DNA of 64,000 nucleotides from a virus: IMG/VR virus record IMGVR_UViG_3300021505_000001, positions 32,001 to 96,000 of that record; one strand, 5' to 3'. Shown piece by piece: positions 60,573 to 64,000 of this stretch (position 1 is its first letter; each line of letters starts with the position of its first letter). The notes under the pieces were generated by a model. It saw only the letters and a program-made list of their open reading frames with translations, ran no database searches and was not told where the DNA came from. The position numbers and the translations under genes were made by a program.

Positions 60573-60896
60573 CTATCTTTCGATTTTATAATAGATTTCA
60601 TCTAGGATATATTCCTGAGTTTCTTCATCGGGAATTTCTCCACTTTTTGTTATATATTCTAAATCAAATCCTTTTTTGTCTGTTTCAAAAATACGTACTG
60701 TAAAATGAAACCATCCAATATAAAAACCAAGTTCGTTCATCAGATGATAACTTCCACTAAGAAGAATATCACTACCAACAATTTTGATACTCCACTCAGC
60801 ATCAAATCCACTCCCAGATGGCAATATGTCATACCAACTAGAACTTTCTATAATTTCTTTAAAGGCTCTGAAAACATTTAAAAATGTAATACTCAT
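60573..60896 (-). CDS. Hypothetical phage protein
   Basis: LPSGSGFD...YH.MNE.G.Y.GW. Confidence 0.65.
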   Translation of the reverse strand: MSITFLNVFRAFKEIIESSSWYDILPSGSGFDAEWSIKIVGSDILLSGSYHLMNELGFYIGWFHFTVRIFETDKKGFDLEYITKSGEIPDEETQEYILDEIYYKIER

Positions 60897-60897
60897 T

Positions 60898-61080
60898 TTA
60901 ACACCAAGAACTTTTCTTCAATTGTTTATTTGTAAAGTTACGAATGTATACTTTTTCTTCTTCTTTTTTATAAAGGACATTAAGAGGACCCCAATCATAA
61001 CATGCTCCTCTTTCCAATATTCTAATCTCAGTATCATCAGGGATATTTTTTAGCCTATCTATTAATTCTTTCTTTTTCAT
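60898..61080 (-). CDS. Small hypothetical protein
   Basis: GAGGAG RBS; ELIDRLKNIPDDTEI. Confidence 0.7.
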   Translation of the reverse strand: MKKKELIDRLKNIPDDTEIRILERGACYDWGPLNVLYKKEEEKVYIRNFTNKQLKKSSWC

Positions 61081-61255
61081 AGTTAACTCCTCATTTTTTA
61101 CTTGACTACTTTTGAAGGAATCTATATAATTATACTTATTAAAATTAATATTTAAAGAAAAATGTTGATATGTCTTTTTTGTGAATTGGGTGAGATTAAA
61201 GTGTAGGAAATTATTGAAGATTTTAAATATGTAAAGATTGCTATGAATAATACTC

Positions 61256-61468
61256 CTAAATAAAGGTTCTTCCTCTGTATTTATTAAATACTTCCCATAT
61301 TTGTGAGTATTTTTCAGTAGATGGTGGTATACCTCCTGTCAATTTACCGTCTACTACTAAAGGTGGGGTTCCAAAGAGTTCCCCACCTTTTTCTTTTAGA
61401 AATTCATGATAGAATTTTCTTTTTAAACTTTTAAATTTTTCAAGTTGTCTTAAAGTTGATGCCTGCAT
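61256..61468 (-). CDS. Hypothetical protein
   Basis: TAATG coupling with the upstream gene. Confidence 0.6.
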   Translation of the reverse strand: MQASTLRQLEKFKSLKRKFYHEFLKEKGGELFGTPPLVVDGKLTGGIPPSTEKYSQIWEVFNKYRGRTFI

Positions 61469-62223
61469 TAAATTAATCCTAAACCATCCCCATCATAATC
61501 TATAGCTATTGAGCTGATGATTCTATCTTTTCTTCTTTGTAAGCTTCTCGTTATACTTTCTGTGGCTGGAACATTAAATGATACAGAAAGTCCAGAAAGA
61601 GAAACACTTCTGATTCCTCCCTCTGATGAAAATGTATCTGATTGATAGATATGTAACATCATATTTATTTCAAAGAGTTCTTTAAATATTGTGATCATAT
61701 TAATAGGTATTTCATCAAGGGTAAAATACCTATTATACAATGCTACATATTTAATGTTTGGTTTCAGTTTTATATTTGTTCCACTAAGAAAATATTTGGA
61801 TACATGGGTATCAAAATATTCCTTTACAATATATAGACTTTCTTTTACAGCTAATGCCCCCTTTAATGACCCGCTTTGATATGCATAGGATAATGGAACT
61901 GAAGGATTTGAATATCCATAATGAGAATAGAAAAGAGTCCTCAATTCATCGACAATCAAATCCTTTTCACGTAGTATAATAAATTCCATAAAGTTTTCGT
62001 CAATGGTATCATAAACATTAACCAGGACATACTCATCATTTGGGTTAGCAGGGGGTGGTGAAGTAAATTCTTTCTCTTCAAGTATAGGTGTATTTTCAGA
62101 CATCTCATTCATCGTTAGTTGTGCGATGAAATTAAGCATATCTGTATACTTTGCTACATCTGTAATTTCAAAAGGTGGATGTTGAAGGAAATAATTTATT
62201 ACATCTTGAGCTGATAATGCCAT
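61468..62223 (-). CDS. Putative head-tail adaptor/neck protein
   Basis: C-terminal GGIRSVSLSGLSVSF strand pattern typical of adaptors. Confidence 0.5.
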   Translation of the reverse strand: MALSAQDVINYFLQHPPFEITDVAKYTDMLNFIAQLTMNEMSENTPILEEKEFTSPPPANPNDEYVLVNVYDTIDENFMEFIILREKDLIVDELRTLFYSHYGYSNPSVPLSYAYQSGSLKGALAVKESLYIVKEYFDTHVSKYFLSGTNIKLKPNIKYVALYNRYFTLDEIPINMITIFKELFEINMMLHIYQSDTFSSEGGIRSVSLSGLSVSFNVPATESITRSLQRRKDRIISSIAIDYDGDGLGLI

Positions 62224-62250
62224 TTTAACTACCCGTTTTTTAAAGTGTTT

Positions 62251-62727
62251 TTAAATTCCAACATTTTCATTTTTTATTGGTTCATATGCCAAGTAACGAA
62301 TAAAATTCACAAAATCAATAAAATCTCCATAGTACATTCTTAGGCTACCAAGATAGTTACCAACATCTGAACCATAATATTTGTCTACTATTGGACTCAT
62401 TACCTTTACAATATTTTGTCTTGATGGAAGTTTTTTATTAAGCCAAACTTCAATAATCTCTAAATCAATATCCATTGATTCTACTATTTCTTTAGCTACT
62501 AATGAATCTATAGGAATATACTTTTTTAAATTGCCTTCAAAAACTATACGAACTTTTAACATAATAAGTTTTTTAGTTTCTAAAGCCTCTCTATTTGCAT
62601 GAGAAGTTCCTTTGTATAATCTTATAGATACAAGTTTTCTGTTAAGTTTATCTTCCTCAATCTTGATGCCAACATTCCCTTCAGGGATTTTAACATCTAC
62701 CTTTTCTTTTACTACATTTATAGACAT
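62251..62727 (-). CDS. Hypothetical protein
   Basis: 158-aa ORF in operon. Confidence 0.6.
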   Translation of the reverse strand: MSINVVKEKVDVKIPEGNVGIKIEEDKLNRKLVSIRLYKGTSHANREALETKKLIMLKVRIVFEGNLKKYIPIDSLVAKEIVESMDIDLEIIEVWLNKKLPSRQNIVKVMSPIVDKYYGSDVGNYLGSLRMYYGDFIDFVNFIRYLAYEPIKNENVGI

Positions 62728-62737
62728 ATAAATACCT

Positions 62738-63055
62738 TTACTTACTGTTCAGTAGTTTAGCATTTTTTATTATGGACATTATTTTATTAAATAACTGTTG
62801 TATTTTTTCAGAAACTTTGTTTGCTTCTTTTACTGTTGCTATACCTACCATATAGGAATAATTCTCTATATTTTCAACAACTACTTTTCCGTATATTAAT
62901 TTATTTTTGGAAGTCTTTGCAGACAGTTTTTCCAATGTAGGGGTTAAATATCTTGATACGGGAACTTTTACAAAAACCAAAATATAGTCTTTGTCCATTA
63001 ATTTTATCTCTATTTTTGCATTACTGTTAAGCATTTTTTCTAAAACTTTTTCCAT
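62738..63055 (-). CDS. Hypothetical protein
   Basis: AGGAG RBS. Confidence 0.65.
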   Translation of the reverse strand: MEKVLEKMLNSNAKIEIKLMDKDYILVFVKVPVSRYLTPTLEKLSAKTSKNKLIYGKVVVENIENYSYMVGIATVKEANKVSEKIQQLFNKIMSIIKNAKLLNSK

Positions 63056-63068
63056 TTTTTTAATCTCC

Positions 63069-63998
63069 TTAAACGATAGCTTTAACTGGGTTTACAATTA
63101 TAGCCCTATCCTCTCTCATAGAAATTATGTTTTGTTTTTTCACTGTTAATTTTATTGTATTTTCTCTTGGTTCCATATAAACAGCTTCTAATGGACGTGC
63201 TTTCCTATATAACTGTCCATCTAAAACTTCTTTTTTTGGAAGGGGTAAAAATACATCGATTTTATTACTATTTATTTTATCAGAAATATTATTTTTTGCT
63301 GTTACTATGAATTTAGCTAATTCATCTCCTTTCAAATTTATATAGTTACGTAATATTTTTATTATAATTATTGGGGTAAACACAGAAGGTTGTATATACT
63401 GTATTGTTTGATATGGTACATAATGGAGTTTTTCTACTTTAGCTATTAATAGCTGAAGTAGAAAATACTGTAGTGTGGGTTTAGAATTTTCTAACTGAAT
63501 ATTATAAATTTCATTTATACCATGTCCTATCTTTAATAGTTTACTATCAAATGTTGTCAATGAAGCCATTATATCTGCTGGTAATAAATGAATTGCTAAA
63601 CCACTAAGTAAAATCAATCCATCATTATAGTCAATTGATGAAGCTACTGATATTACCATATCTTTATAACGCAAAGCATTTTCTTTATGTAATGCAGCTA
63701 AAACACTTGCTTTATCAGAGGCGTCTAAATTTACATCGAACAATATTGTTTCAAGACTTTTGTTGTTTCTTTCTATTGAACTTATTTGTTTCCCTATTAC
63801 TGTATTTAAAGAATCAATAATTTCCGTGTAACGTTTTCCATCCATCCTTTTTAATATTAAGGCATGATATAGAGTAACGTTACGTTGGAAATTTGATAAA
63901 TCATCAGAAAGAGAAACATCTACAAGAAGTTTACCTAATAATGCTATCCAAAATTCTTTGTTTGCAAAGTAATTCTTTGGTAGAAGAGACAAATTATG
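63069..63998 (-). CDS. Hypothetical protein, probably 5'-truncated by the window edge
   Basis: Frame open to the window end. Confidence 0.6.
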   Translation of the reverse strand, partial: HNLSLLPKNYFANKEFWIALLGKLLVDVSLSDDLSNFQRNVTLYHALILKRMDGKRYTEIIDSLNTVIGKQISSIERNNKSLETILFDVNLDASDKASVLAALHKENALRYKDMVISVASSIDYNDGLILLSGLAIHLLPADIMASLTTFDSKLLKIGHGINEIYNIQLENSKPTLQYFLLQLLIAKVEKLHYVPYQTIQYIQPSVFTPIIIIKILRNYINLKGDELAKFIVTAKNNISDKINSNKIDVFLPLPKKEVLDGQLYRKARPLEAVYMEPRENTIKLTVKKQNIISMREDRAIIVNPVKAIV

Positions 63999-64000
63999 TG

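Overview
AT-rich (visibly ~30% GC), densely coded segment of a large tailed dsDNA bacteriophage genome. Minus-strand blocks (187-18129, 50832-52269, 54736-64000) hold virion, tail-fibre, lysis and neck/tail genes. The long plus-strand block (18273-50714, plus 52475-54664) holds DNA repair and nucleotide genes: ADP-ribosylglycohydrolase, Rad50/SbcC half, Ski2/Hel308-type helicase, two dUTPases, C5-methyltransferase, NrdG/NrdD, ThyA, Tmk, NADAR, DHH, LigA, and many small ORFs. NrdD and a PEP-CTERM protein suggest an anaerobic Gram-negative host (inference). Main observations: (1) a gp55-like sigma factor and a recurrent non-T4 motif, TAAAACAT(T/A), 30-58 nt upstream of nine minus-strand structural/lysis genes, a candidate new late promoter; (2) a three-gene ankyrin array with Mimivirus-like architecture, 9/2/12 combinatorially varied 90-bp repeats and a duplicated 84-bp cassette; (3) three tandem 25-nt hairpin units plus a long hairpin behind a tail-fibre gene; (4) an A-AAA-AAC -1 frameshift site joining a tail chaperone to a 424-aa ORF; (5) a phage-borne PEP-CTERM protein; (6) a second dUTPase with an in-frame TAG where its paralog has Gln; (7) a tRNA-Leu(UAA) cut off in the T-loop; (8) an exact 22-bp sequence giving two unrelated virion genes the same MPILTIF N-terminus. 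All family assignments come from motif recognition by eye, not from database searches.
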